64,000 bases of DNA. Source: Candidatus Bathyarchaeota archaeon. GTDB lineage: Archaea; Thermoproteota; Bathyarchaeia; Bathyarchaeales; Bathycorpusculaceae. A model generated the notes under the pieces. That model worked only from the letters and a program-made list of their open reading frames with translations. It was not told where the DNA came from and made no database searches. The position numbers and the translations under genes are program-made. Positions 1-8,719 of this stretch are shown one piece after another; positions within the stretch are counted from its first letter, which is position 1, and each line of letters opens with the position of its first letter. Location of the stretch: the NCBI GenBank assembly GCA_963782525.1, contig CAWAKC010000001.1, forward strand, positions 552,390-616,389. The letters run 5' to 3'.

Positions 1-35
1 CCTTCGGTGAAGAAGCACTCAAGGAAATTTGCTAG
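1..35 (+). CDS. 3' end of a gene entering from the left edge (...FGEEALKEIC*)
   Basis: Open frame ending in TAG at 33-35, convergent with the next gene; too short to identify. Confidence 0.4.
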   Translation, partial: FGEEALKEIC

Positions 36-39
36 GTTG

Positions 40-1179
40 TTATCCTATTTGTTTGCCGCATTTCTCACAATACACAGCGTACACTTTGTTGTTTGAACCA
101 CAAAAGATGCAGAACTTGGTATCTTCAGAAGCGGCACTATCATTTTGCGGAGCGATCGTTTCAGGAGGAGAAGCTGGTTCATTATTTTGGGATAGCTTTG
201 GTTTTCTTACTGACCAAACAGCGAGAATCACTGAAGCGACAATTGCAAACAGAATAATTACAAAAAATACGGGGTTTTCTGCGATTAGGTTAAATGATAA
301 AGGTAGAACTGGTTGAACGCTTGGTCCAGAGACATCGGGAGAAGCAGATGTTGTGGGATTTGGGTCTAAAGGTGCCGAAGTTGGCGTCGGTCGCAACGTT
401 GTTATGCTTTGGGGATTAGTTAAGGATGGCTCAGTAGTCGGTGTTACCTCGATATCAGGAATGTACTGTTTGCTTAGGTCTATACCATAAACGTAAGCGG
501 TCTTACCTTGGAACTCATCAGGCAACTGCCCAATCGTGAAACCTACTCCTGTAGTTTCAGCGTAATAGTATGTTTGATTGTTGTAAGGCCAATATGTACC
601 GTGAAGGCCATCTCCAAGAACTCCAACTGCCAAATGATCCGTTGGATTAATGAAAACTGCACCGTCGCCCAGGCTGAGGATCAATGTAGCGTAAAGTATG
701 GCTTTGCAATCGCAATCTCCAGTTTGATCCACCAAAGTTTCAATCGGGAATCGTGGATACTCTTCAAACCCAGTTGTGTTAAGATCAGAGTTGTAAGTGA
801 TACTTTGGACAAAAGCTAAAACAAAGTTTGCTTGCTCGTAGGAATTGTACCCGAGTTGTGTTGTAGTTTCATTTAGCCTTTCAGCCAAATTCTGGATATA
901 GGGATCTCTGGTTGTGGTTATCATGTCATAGCCAGCAGGTCCATCGCGTGTTCGAGTGGAGTCTGGAACAGATTTGTAAACGTTGTAGAGTTCCTGAGGA
1001 ATACTAAGGTTCCAGTCCCAATGTTTCCCGTAATAATCCCACGAGAATGACCTGTCATAGTACCCGTCTGTTTGTGCAGCTACTGTATGAGAAAGCACTA
1101 TAGGAGCAGATATGATAAGCGCCAAAAATACAATAATTAATAGTCTGATTGGTTTCTGTTTCAGCGACAGTCGACTCAT
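40..1179 (-). CDS. Exported, membrane-anchored transglutaminase-like protein with C-terminal zinc ribbon
   Basis: Signal-like N-terminus; GDCDCKA, HLAVGV and YYYAETT catalytic-type motifs; Pro/Thr linker, TM helix, CIFC...CEKC; start taken at ATG 1179. Confidence 0.75.
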   Translation of the reverse strand: MSRLSLKQKPIRLLIIVFLALIISAPIVLSHTVAAQTDGYYDRSFSWDYYGKHWDWNLSIPQELYNVYKSVPDSTRTRDGPAGYDMITTTRDPYIQNLAERLNETTTQLGYNSYEQANFVLAFVQSITYNSDLNTTGFEEYPRFPIETLVDQTGDCDCKAILYATLILSLGDGAVFINPTDHLAVGVLGDGLHGTYWPYNNQTYYYAETTGVGFTIGQLPDEFQGKTAYVYGIDLSKQYIPDIEVTPTTEPSLTNPQSITTLRPTPTSAPLDPNPTTSASPDVSGPSVQPVLPLSFNLIAENPVFFVIILFAIVASVILAVWSVRKPKLSQNNEPASPPETIAPQNDSAASEDTKFCIFCGSNNKVYAVYCEKCGKQIG

Positions 1180-1315
1180 CGTTACCATTTCGATGATGGT
1201 AATGTTCATAATCTACCGTTTAAAACTTGTCCCAAATCATTATCCAAAGGGATTTGATGAACACAAAGACAAAGGGTTATGTATATTGCCAGTTGGAAAA
1301 TAATGTTGTAGAAGA

Positions 1316-1597
1316 CTATTTTTGTTTGATTATACCATAACTCTGCTTTTTCCAAGCGTCTCTAAACTTGTTGTAGTAGTCTATGGGTTGGAAAACAGGT
1401 GCATAAGTTAATTGCCATTCAAGCCCGCATTTACATACTGCATAGACCTGCTTGTTTTTGGTGTCTTGGCAAATCTGCAACAGTTCTTTTCGGCATTTTG
1501 GGCAATAGTACGGTCCATTCACCATTTGTTTAGCATCTTTGGTTAGGATTTTCATGCGGCTGCCCGGAATTTTATGCCTATCCTTTCCTGAACTCAT
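1316..1597 (-). CDS. Elf1-like zinc-ribbon protein (divergent transcription elongation factor homolog)
   Basis: Basic N-terminus, YYCPKC...VCKCGL, then QPIDYYNKFRD resembling the Elf1 C-terminal EPIDVY motif. Confidence 0.55.
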   Translation of the reverse strand: MSSGKDRHKIPGSRMKILTKDAKQMVNGPYYCPKCRKELLQICQDTKNKQVYAVCKCGLEWQLTYAPVFQPIDYYNKFRDAWKKQSYGIIKQK

Positions 1598-1919
1598 CGT
1601 TTTCAACCTAACTATCAATTAAACATGAACCATCAGCAAGATATAGTATTCCATTAAAAAACAAGAATTTTATTGATTGGTGGGAAAGCTACTTGGAACT
1701 AAGAGAGAAAAAGTAATTTTTCCAATTAAGAAACTAGTGGCGGGCGGGGTTTAACCATTATAGAAAGAGGCTTAATGTTTTGTTTTTGGAGAATACAAAA
1801 TAGACTCCGCCTAGACAAATTAGAAGAATTAGAGCATATAAGGACGGCTTAGCAATTATTACTTATTTTAGATTCATAAAACTCATATTCTTTTTACAGC
1901 AAAGAAAAGACTGATACAT

Positions 1920-2066
1920 ATGGCTCATTGTCCTAGTTGTGGCAAAATAGTTGAGAAACCCTCAAGCACCCTGAAGAATCAATGCTTTACTATAGAAGCA
2001 TACAATTGTGGAAGATGTCACCATAACTTCAAGGTCACAGTCAATAAATCAAGTTATATCATATAA
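1920..2066 (+). CDS. 48-aa zinc-ribbon protein, Cren7-like (not in the ORF track)
   Basis: Translated by hand: MAHCPSCGKIVEKPSSTLKNQCFTIEAYNCGRCHHNFKVTVNKSSYII*; two CxxC pairs. Confidence 0.65.
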   Translation: MAHCPSCGKIVEKPSSTLKNQCFTIEAYNCGRCHHNFKVTVNKSSYII

Positions 2067-2159
2067 TTTCTATAGCCCCAAAAAAGTTCTTAATTGTCTT
2101 TATAGGCAGAATTGAATAGTCTGGACTCAAAATTGAAGGATTGGTCAAATGAAAATTAA

Positions 2160-2561
2160 ATGTCTAAGTTAGAATGCCTATGCAAGAAGATGAGTTTAGC
2201 GCAGATACTTTTGACAGAGAAGGTAGCATCAGGTATGCTATTGGTTCGCCATTATTCTCTTGGTGACAAAGTCTCTCATAAGCCCCAGTTTACTTATTGC
2301 AAGATAGACGACTTGGATTCTCTGAAAACTTTATTAAAAACTCAGGGTATCTCTCTGAATACTGAAAAGGCAATAAGTGGTCAAATAGGTCAAAGTGAAA
2401 GTAAAGAAATACATGACCTAATAAAACCTGAAAGGAGCCTTAGTCAGCAAAATACATGCGGCCGTCGTCTAGTCTGGTTTAGGACTTTAGCCTTCCAAGC
2501 TAATGATCCCGGGTTCAAATCCCGGCGACCGCACCATCTCTTACTTTTAAATTTCGGCTAA
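2160..2561 (+). pseudogene. Decayed ORF reading through tRNA-Gly; probable integrase N-terminal or integrative-element remnant
   Basis: The frame runs into and through the tRNA (CGRRLVWFRTLAFQANDPGFKSRRPH is the translated tRNA); VRHY...KPQFTYCK segment; AT-rich context. Confidence 0.4.
2458..2536 (+). tRNA. tRNA-Gly(TCC), encoded CCA, C5-A68 acceptor mismatch
   Basis: Cloverleaf: GCGGCCG...TTAGC-CT-TCC-AA-GCTAA...CCGGG-TTCAAAT-CCCGG-CGACCGC-A-CCA. Confidence 0.93.
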
Positions 2562-2640
2562 GAGAAAATCATTGACTGATTAGTCGAATTGATAGGTAAA
2601 TGTTATAAAACAAACCTATCGCCATAATGTTGCAGGTGAC

Positions 2641-3105
2641 TTGGTGGCTATATCAATCCCCCATAAAGTAATCTATCTGGTCATAGGGTGGGTTTTAATG
2701 GTTAGCTACCAGATTTTTACTCGAACTGCCTTAACCACCGTTGCCTCTTCTTTTGGAAGTTTTGTTCCCTCGATGGCTTCATTTATAAATTCAAACGCAG
2801 ACACAACAATTTTCATCTGTTCGTTTGCTTGGATGTTTGTCCTATCAGCCCTTATCTCAATCATCATGTTTGGTAGAGAAAGACGCCTTACCATCCAATT
2901 CACAGTAAGCTTAGCTCTAACCCTTACAGGCTCAGCTTTGCTTGGCCTGATACACATTGCTGGACTAGACTTATCAAACCCAACGGTGCTATCACGACCC
3001 TTCACTTTATTATTCGACAACGTGTTTTTCGCATTTTTCTACCTATCGCTCCCATTCATCTTCATGGTGGCGGTGGATTTGGGGTTAATGAAAATAAAAA
3101 AATAG
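2641..3105 (+). CDS. Hypothetical multi-pass membrane protein
   Basis: About 4 hydrophobic helices; AGGTGA precedes the TTG start. Confidence 0.7.
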   Translation: MVAISIPHKVIYLVIGWVLMVSYQIFTRTALTTVASSFGSFVPSMASFINSNADTTIFICSFAWMFVLSALISIIMFGRERRLTIQFTVSLALTLTGSALLGLIHIAGLDLSNPTVLSRPFTLLFDNVFFAFFYLSLPFIFMVAVDLGLMKIKK

Positions 3106-3208
3106 CCAAAACCAAAAATAAGAGTATAAGATCAGCGAAAAGGTGAAAAGCAACGTACACTCAATTAGAAGTAAGATTAGGTGAACTTTGAAAATGAGCG
3201 ATGTAAAT

Positions 3209-3391
3209 ATGGCAACCATACAGTTATGTGGCGATAAACAAAACTTTATCCTTGACAAAAAAGACTTCAAAACAGGCAGTAAAGGCTATTATGGAACAGG
3301 CAAGATGGTCGCTGGTGGAAAAAGATACCAGATAGGCATTCAAGTTGTCGAAATCGGTTCTAAACCTAAAGAGAAAGAAGAAAAGAAATAG
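3209..3391 (+). CDS. Small basic conserved-type hypothetical protein
   Basis: KDFKTGSKGYYGTGK...KRYQIGIQVVEIGSK beta-rich pattern; followed by T-rich terminator-like runs. Confidence 0.7.
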   Translation: MATIQLCGDKQNFILDKKDFKTGSKGYYGTGKMVAGGKRYQIGIQVVEIGSKPKEKEEKK

Positions 3392-3422
3392 GATTAATCT
3401 AATTTTTTATCCGTTTTTTTGT

Positions 3423-3908
3423 TTACGGGACAATTGACGCACTGATTATGGTTACGCTTGTACGTGGTTTGTCATTTGAGCCGGTTGGAACTTTGGCGAT
3501 TTTGTCTACGACATCCATTCCCGAGATGACTTTGCCGAACGCTGGGTGCTTGCTGTCCAAGAAGTTGTTGTTGACTTGGTTGATGAAGAATTGACTGCTT
3601 CCCGTGTTTGGACCTGCATTCGCCATTGATATTGTGCCTCGGTCGTTGCGGTTAGTTCTTGTGAATTCGTCCTTAATCTCGGGAATTGAAGGGTCGCCGT
3701 ATCCTGTTCCAGTTGGGTCACCGCCCTGAATCATAAAGCCAGGGATGACACGGTGAAAGATGGTGCCGTTGAAGGTTCCCTTTTGGACGAGGTTTTTGAA
3801 GTTGCCGGTCGTGATTGGCATGTCATTTCTTAGAGCGATGATGATGTCGCCCATGCTTGTGTGTAGTAGAACTTTAGTTTCAGGTTGATTTGTTGATTGT
3901 CCTGACAT
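3423..3908 (-). CDS. ppiB: Cyclophilin-type peptidyl-prolyl cis-trans isomerase, cytoplasmic
   Basis: FHRVIPGFMIQGGDPTGTG, SMANAGPNTGSSQFFI, LDSKHPAFG. Confidence 0.95.
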   Translation of the reverse strand: MSGQSTNQPETKVLLHTSMGDIIIALRNDMPITTGNFKNLVQKGTFNGTIFHRVIPGFMIQGGDPTGTGYGDPSIPEIKDEFTRTNRNDRGTISMANAGPNTGSSQFFINQVNNNFLDSKHPAFGKVISGMDVVDKIAKVPTGSNDKPRTSVTIISASIVP

Positions 3909-4093
3909 AATGTAATCTCAGAAATAGATTTGTATGAAACCTAATATGCCTATTGCACATCGCAGTCGGATTGCGATTTGTACTTAGTTTTATTTTTGTT
4001 CTCAAAAAGTAGCCAAATCAGCTGCTGAGAAAAAAAGGTCACCCGAAGTTTTAATTTAACAAAAAATTTTAAAGAAAAATAAGAGAATTATAG

Positions 4094-4825
4094 TTAAGGT
4101 ATGATAGTTGCTTTTAGCACTGTTACTGGATTTATCGGTGTGCTGTTTGCTTCATAGGCATTCGAGGTCACTGGTGCGTTAGCTATTGCGTCAACTACGC
4201 TCTGTCCCGCGATTACTTTTCCAAAGACTGCATAGGTTGAATCGAAAGTAGGGCCACTATTCACTCCGTTATTTGCGACGTTTATGAAGAATTGGCTTGT
4301 TGCCGAGTTTGGATCACTGGTTTTAGCCATAGCTATAGTGTAGGGTAAGTTGTGGTTGTTGTTTCCTATTTCGTCGGGAATCGTTGCAACGTTGGCGCTA
4401 CTGTTTTGTCCGCCTTGAATCATAAAGCCTGCAATGACACGGTGGAATATTGTGCCATCATATATTCCCTTATTCACGAGGTTAACGAAGTTGGTTGTAG
4501 TGATTGGTTTATCATTCCGCATTTCAAGGGTTATGTTTCCAACACTGGTTTGTAACAAAACTTTTGTTCCGCCCACGTACAATGGATCTGTTTCAGATGT
4601 TGGTGGCGATGTAACAGAACTCGTTGGCGCAGGTGTTGTTGTACCCGTGAAAGTTGTAGGCGCTGGCGTAGATGAAGGCGATACTTTTGCGGGTTGACCA
4701 GATTGCCCTAACGCGATGTATGCCCCGACACCGATGAGGATGATAGCGATTATCCCGATTGCAAAGAACAGAGATTTGTTGGATTTGCGTTTTGATTTGT
4801 TATTTTTATTGGGAGCCATGTCCAT
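4094..4825 (-). CDS. ppiA: Membrane-anchored cyclophilin-type PPIase
   Basis: N-terminal TM helix, Thr/Pro linker, FHRVIAGFMIQGG, SATSQFFIN, YAVFGKV. Confidence 0.9.
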   Translation of the reverse strand: MDMAPNKNNKSKRKSNKSLFFAIGIIAIILIGVGAYIALGQSGQPAKVSPSSTPAPTTFTGTTTPAPTSSVTSPPTSETDPLYVGGTKVLLQTSVGNITLEMRNDKPITTTNFVNLVNKGIYDGTIFHRVIAGFMIQGGQNSSANVATIPDEIGNNNHNLPYTIAMAKTSDPNSATSQFFINVANNGVNSGPTFDSTYAVFGKVIAGQSVVDAIANAPVTSNAYEANSTPINPVTVLKATIIP

Positions 4826-5003
4826 GTAGTCAACGGCTTTTCATATAAGATTTTTCCCAATTTCACAAAAACAGGTGTTTTGTTGGCTTGAGCAGTTCTT
4901 AGTTGAATTCAGTTTTTGCCTCACCGAATCAGACCTGATTTTTTAACATAAATTAGAAATAATCGTATTGTCTGATATGGTTTAGTTTAGAGGCTAATGT
5001 GAC

Positions 5004-6551
5004 ATGACTGATGTTGTGTTTGTCTTTGAGGTTCACCAGCCGCACAGGTTAAGGCGTAACCTGTTTTGGGAAGGCAAAGTTTTCAGGCGTTTATCAAAAA
5101 ATGAGTTGTTTGACTATTACTTCGATACCGAGGTTGATAGAGAAATCTTCAAGCGTGCAGCCCGCAAATGCTATTTTCCCTCAAACCAAATCATCCTTGA
5201 CGTAATAGACAGACACAAACACGACCACAAACAAGCCAAATTCTCATTCAGCGTTTCAGGAGTTTTTCTTGAACAATGTGAGATGTTTGACAAGGACCTG
5301 CTTGAAAGTTTTAGGCAACTCGCAGCAACCGGATGCGTGGAGTTGCTTGACCAAACCTACTATCACTCAATCGCCAGCCTCTACCCCGAAAAAGAAGAAT
5401 TCATAGCGCAAGTTGCAATGCACAAACAAATCATCAAAGATTTGCTTGGTTACACGCCCCGTATTTTTGAGAACACCGAGTTGCTCTATAACAACACCAT
5501 CGCCAAAACAGTCGAGGAAATGGGTTACAAGGGCATCTACACAGAAGGCGTAGAGAAGATTCTTGGAGAAAAATCACCCAACTACATTTACACTCCAAAA
5601 GGCGCGAAGAAAATCCGTGTTCTGCTCCGCAACTACAAGTTAACCGATGACATAGGTTTTAGGTTTTCAGCAAGGTGGTGGCCCGAGTGGCCCCTAACAG
5701 CCGACAAGTATGCACGATGGCTAGCTGAAACCCAGGGCGAATGCATCAACATTTTCCCTGACTACGAAACCTTCGGCGAGCATCATTGGCCCGAAACCGG
5801 CATACACAGTTTCCTACAGCACATGCCAGATGAGATTTTGAAATATGACCAACTTAAGATGGCCACGCCTACTGAAGTGGTTGATAAGCATGCTTCGGCG
5901 GGAGAAGTTGACGTTCCTGAAGCCGAGGGCACGGTTTCTTGGGCAGACATAAAACGCGACCAGTCTGGGTGGCTTGGCAACGTTATGCAATGGGCATACT
6001 ACACGACCCTGCGCAAGCTGGAACCGTTCATCAAAGAAGCCGACGACGGCACGTTTCTTAAGTTGTGGCGGGACTTCCAAACAAGTGACCACCTATACTA
6101 TATGTTCACAGCGGGCGGGGGACCAGGAGAAGTTCACTCATACTTTAGCCCCTACGAATCGCCAATGGATGCATTCGTCGCTGCACAAACGCTGCTCAAC
6201 GATTTTGAAGCCCGATTGAGAATGTTTATCTTAACCGCCAACGAGCCCTTCCTATTTTACACGGGTATCGGAAAAGAGTTTTACACGGGGGAGATGGCTT
6301 GGGGTCTGAAAGGCTTTGTGAAAGCGCTCCAAGAAGTAAATGTAAAAGCCATCGAGTTCCATGTGGGCAATGGAGACTTTGAAAGCTGGGCAAAAAGTTC
6401 GCTTAAAGACCAGAAACTTGCGGCAAAACTAAAGGAAATCGCTGTTTCTGAACAAAAAGGTGAAAAATTGAGAAAAGCCCTAGTTGACATAGCAAAAAAG
6501 CGGTATATTGCCCAAAGCAAGGAGTTAAAGGATGCAACCCAGCTCTTCTAA
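5004..6551 (+). CDS. GH57 alpha-amylase/glucan hydrolase with C-terminal DUF5752-like domain
   Basis: FEVHQP, TYYHS, FENTEL (nucleophile), DYETFGEH, QTSDH motifs; C-terminal PFLFY...IEFH..GDFESW domain. Confidence 0.9.
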   Translation: MTDVVFVFEVHQPHRLRRNLFWEGKVFRRLSKNELFDYYFDTEVDREIFKRAARKCYFPSNQIILDVIDRHKHDHKQAKFSFSVSGVFLEQCEMFDKDLLESFRQLAATGCVELLDQTYYHSIASLYPEKEEFIAQVAMHKQIIKDLLGYTPRIFENTELLYNNTIAKTVEEMGYKGIYTEGVEKILGEKSPNYIYTPKGAKKIRVLLRNYKLTDDIGFRFSARWWPEWPLTADKYARWLAETQGECINIFPDYETFGEHHWPETGIHSFLQHMPDEILKYDQLKMATPTEVVDKHASAGEVDVPEAEGTVSWADIKRDQSGWLGNVMQWAYYTTLRKLEPFIKEADDGTFLKLWRDFQTSDHLYYMFTAGGGPGEVHSYFSPYESPMDAFVAAQTLLNDFEARLRMFILTANEPFLFYTGIGKEFYTGEMAWGLKGFVKALQEVNVKAIEFHVGNGDFESWAKSSLKDQKLAAKLKEIAVSEQKGEKLRKALVDIAKKRYIAQSKELKDATQLF

Positions 6552-6618
6552 GAAAACCTGTCTCGTATGCGTTTATAAGATAAGTCGCTGTACAATTGTT
6601 TAGCAGGGTGCAATTAAA

Positions 6619-6870
6619 ATGAGAGAAGAGCTTCCGTTTCCCGATAAAGTCTTGCAGACACTGCATAATCTGTGCGCAACCGCTGCCGATTTAGCTAGGC
6701 GAGGCGAAGAAGTCGCACGACTTTTGCAGAAAGACCCGAGCGAAATCGAGGGCATTTTAGACAAATACAAATCTGAGGGTTTCGCTGAAAGCTTCTACGA
6801 TAACGAGGGTAAGAAAAGGTACTATCTAAATGGACGAGGAATAATTAAGGTCTGTTCGCTCTTCACATAG
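6619..6870 (+). CDS. Small winged-helix protein
   Basis: Helix-turn-helix followed by wing KKRYYLNGRG. Confidence 0.65.
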   Translation: MREELPFPDKVLQTLHNLCATAADLARRGEEVARLLQKDPSEIEGILDKYKSEGFAESFYDNEGKKRYYLNGRGIIKVCSLFT

Positions 6871-6881
6871 TGGAAACATCT

Positions 6882-7511
6882 ATGCGTGTCATCATTTTTT
6901 CTTGGGAGTATCCGCCTAGAGTAGTAGGTCAACTCTCAGGTTACGTTAGCGCCCTGTCAACTCAGCTTGCCAAAGACAAAGTTGACGTTAACGTTGTAAC
7001 TTACGATGATTCTGCAACAGGGCGAACACTTGAGCCCAGCGGCGTAAAAGCGTATAGGGTAGCTAATCCCGTGCGCAATCACATCGGCGTTTTAACATGG
7101 GTCTTAACGCTCAACCAAGAAGTTGAACGAGTCGCCGCAGACATCTACTACGAATCAAATAAACAGGTGGACCTCATAGACGTCCATGATTGGCATTTTA
7201 TTCCAGCTGCCGTAACTCTCAAGAACGGTCTGGGCATTCCTTTTGTTTACTCAGTTGAAAGCCTCGAAGACCATCGTTCTCCAAACGCTAACGCTTCCTA
7301 CAACATGGCGATTAAAAGTATAGAGTGGCTGGGTTTCTTTGAAGCTGCAGCAGTAGTCGTGAAGTCTGAATGGATGAAGGATGAAGTTGAGCGAATTTAC
7401 AAGGTTCCAAAAGAAAAAATCACAGTTGTTCCAATAGACCTCAATTCTTTAGTGACAGATGTTCTAATATTGTTCGGCAAAGTGGCGGAGGCAAAAAAGA
7501 ATGAAAGATAA
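6882..7511 (+). CDS. GT4 glycosyltransferase, N-terminal domain only
   Basis: WEYPPRVVGQL and DVHDWH motifs; ends before the C-terminal nucleotide-sugar domain (no EPFG motif). Confidence 0.8.
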   Translation: MRVIIFSWEYPPRVVGQLSGYVSALSTQLAKDKVDVNVVTYDDSATGRTLEPSGVKAYRVANPVRNHIGVLTWVLTLNQEVERVAADIYYESNKQVDLIDVHDWHFIPAAVTLKNGLGIPFVYSVESLEDHRSPNANASYNMAIKSIEWLGFFEAAAVVVKSEWMKDEVERIYKVPKEKITVVPIDLNSLVTDVLILFGKVAEAKKNER

Positions 7512-8718
7512 ATTAACCGTCATGATGCTAAGCTGGGAGTATCCTCCAAGAGTCATTGGAGGCATATCCCCACACATCTACTTCTTATCGAAATACTTGG
7601 CTAAACAAAACGTAAAAGTCTATGTGGTAACCTGCGATTTTCCAGGTGCCCCCGCCCACGAAGTAATCGACGACGTGGAAGTCTACCGGATAGACTCGTA
7701 TAAGAACCCCTCACCCGACTTTGCCACTTGGGTTTACTTGATGAACATGAACATGCAGAAAGAAACCGCTTCCCTAACAAAAAAAATCGCGGATAAAATC
7801 GATGTTTTCCACGCGCATGATTGGCTTGTGGCAAATGCAGGCATCGGCTTGAAGCATGTTTTCAGAAAACCCCTGTTAGTAACCATGCACTCAACTGAGA
7901 TGGGCAGAAGAGATGGGTTACATACCACAGCCGAAAAAATGATCCATGAAACCGAAGCATGGCTCACCTACGAAGCATGGAAAGTAATTTGCTGCAGCGA
8001 CTATATGATTTCCCACGTAAAATACACTTTTGGTTTGCCAAGCGACAAATTAGTGATGGTTCCAAACGGCGTAAACATTCAGAACTACGTTGGCGATGAA
8101 GACTTAAGCCAATTCCGAAGCAAATTTGCCCTGCCCGAAGAAAAAATCGTTCTCTTCGTCGGACGCTTAGTTTACGAAAAAGGCATCCACGTCCTAATCA
8201 ACGCTGTACCCAAGGTCCTCAGCAAAACAAACGCTAAATTCATAATCGTGGGCAGCGGCTACATGAAAGAGCAACTTCTAAACATCGTGCGCAGCATGGG
8301 TTTAGAGCATAAAGTGCTCTTTGAAGGCTTCCTAGATGAACCAACATTGCTTAAACTACAGAGGGTGGCTGATGTGTCTGTTGTGCCGTCACTTTTTGAA
8401 CCCTTCGGCATCGTTGCGTTGGAAGCTATGGCTGCAAGAAGCCCTGTTGTGGTATCTGACACCGGCGGCTTATCAGAAATTGTTGAACACGATGTCACGG
8501 GCGTTAAGGTTTACCCAAACAACCCTGATTCGTTAGCTTGGGGGATATCCAAAATTCTGCTTGACCCAAACTTCGCCAAATACGTCCGAGATAATGCGTA
8601 TCGGCGGGTTCAGGAAAAGTACGACTGGGAAAAAATCGCCCAGCAAACCAAACATATCTACGAGGGCGTTTTAGGCGAATACTCCAAAAGTTTCTGGGCA
8701 AATAGCCTGAAACCTTGA
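7501..8718 (+). CDS. GT4 glycosyltransferase, glycogen/alpha-glucan synthase-like
   Basis: WEYPPRVIGG, HAHDWL, VGRLVYEKG, EPFGIVALEAM; in an operon with GH57. Confidence 0.9.
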   Translation: MKDKLTVMMLSWEYPPRVIGGISPHIYFLSKYLAKQNVKVYVVTCDFPGAPAHEVIDDVEVYRIDSYKNPSPDFATWVYLMNMNMQKETASLTKKIADKIDVFHAHDWLVANAGIGLKHVFRKPLLVTMHSTEMGRRDGLHTTAEKMIHETEAWLTYEAWKVICCSDYMISHVKYTFGLPSDKLVMVPNGVNIQNYVGDEDLSQFRSKFALPEEKIVLFVGRLVYEKGIHVLINAVPKVLSKTNAKFIIVGSGYMKEQLLNIVRSMGLEHKVLFEGFLDEPTLLKLQRVADVSVVPSLFEPFGIVALEAMAARSPVVVSDTGGLSEIVEHDVTGVKVYPNNPDSLAWGISKILLDPNFAKYVRDNAYRRVQEKYDWEKIAQQTKHIYEGVLGEYSKSFWANSLKP

Positions 8719-8719
8719 G

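Noticed and set aside
1736-1752. GC-rich GTGGCGGGCGGGG resembling a reverse-complemented tRNA 3' end
   Set aside because: Only about 13 nt with no adjacent T-arm; too short to call an att site
4927-4940. AATCAG-AC-CTGATT inverted repeat upstream of GH57 as a shared sugar-regulon operator
   Set aside because: No clear second copy found at the other sugar-gene promoters, and it does not match the Thermococcales TGM motif
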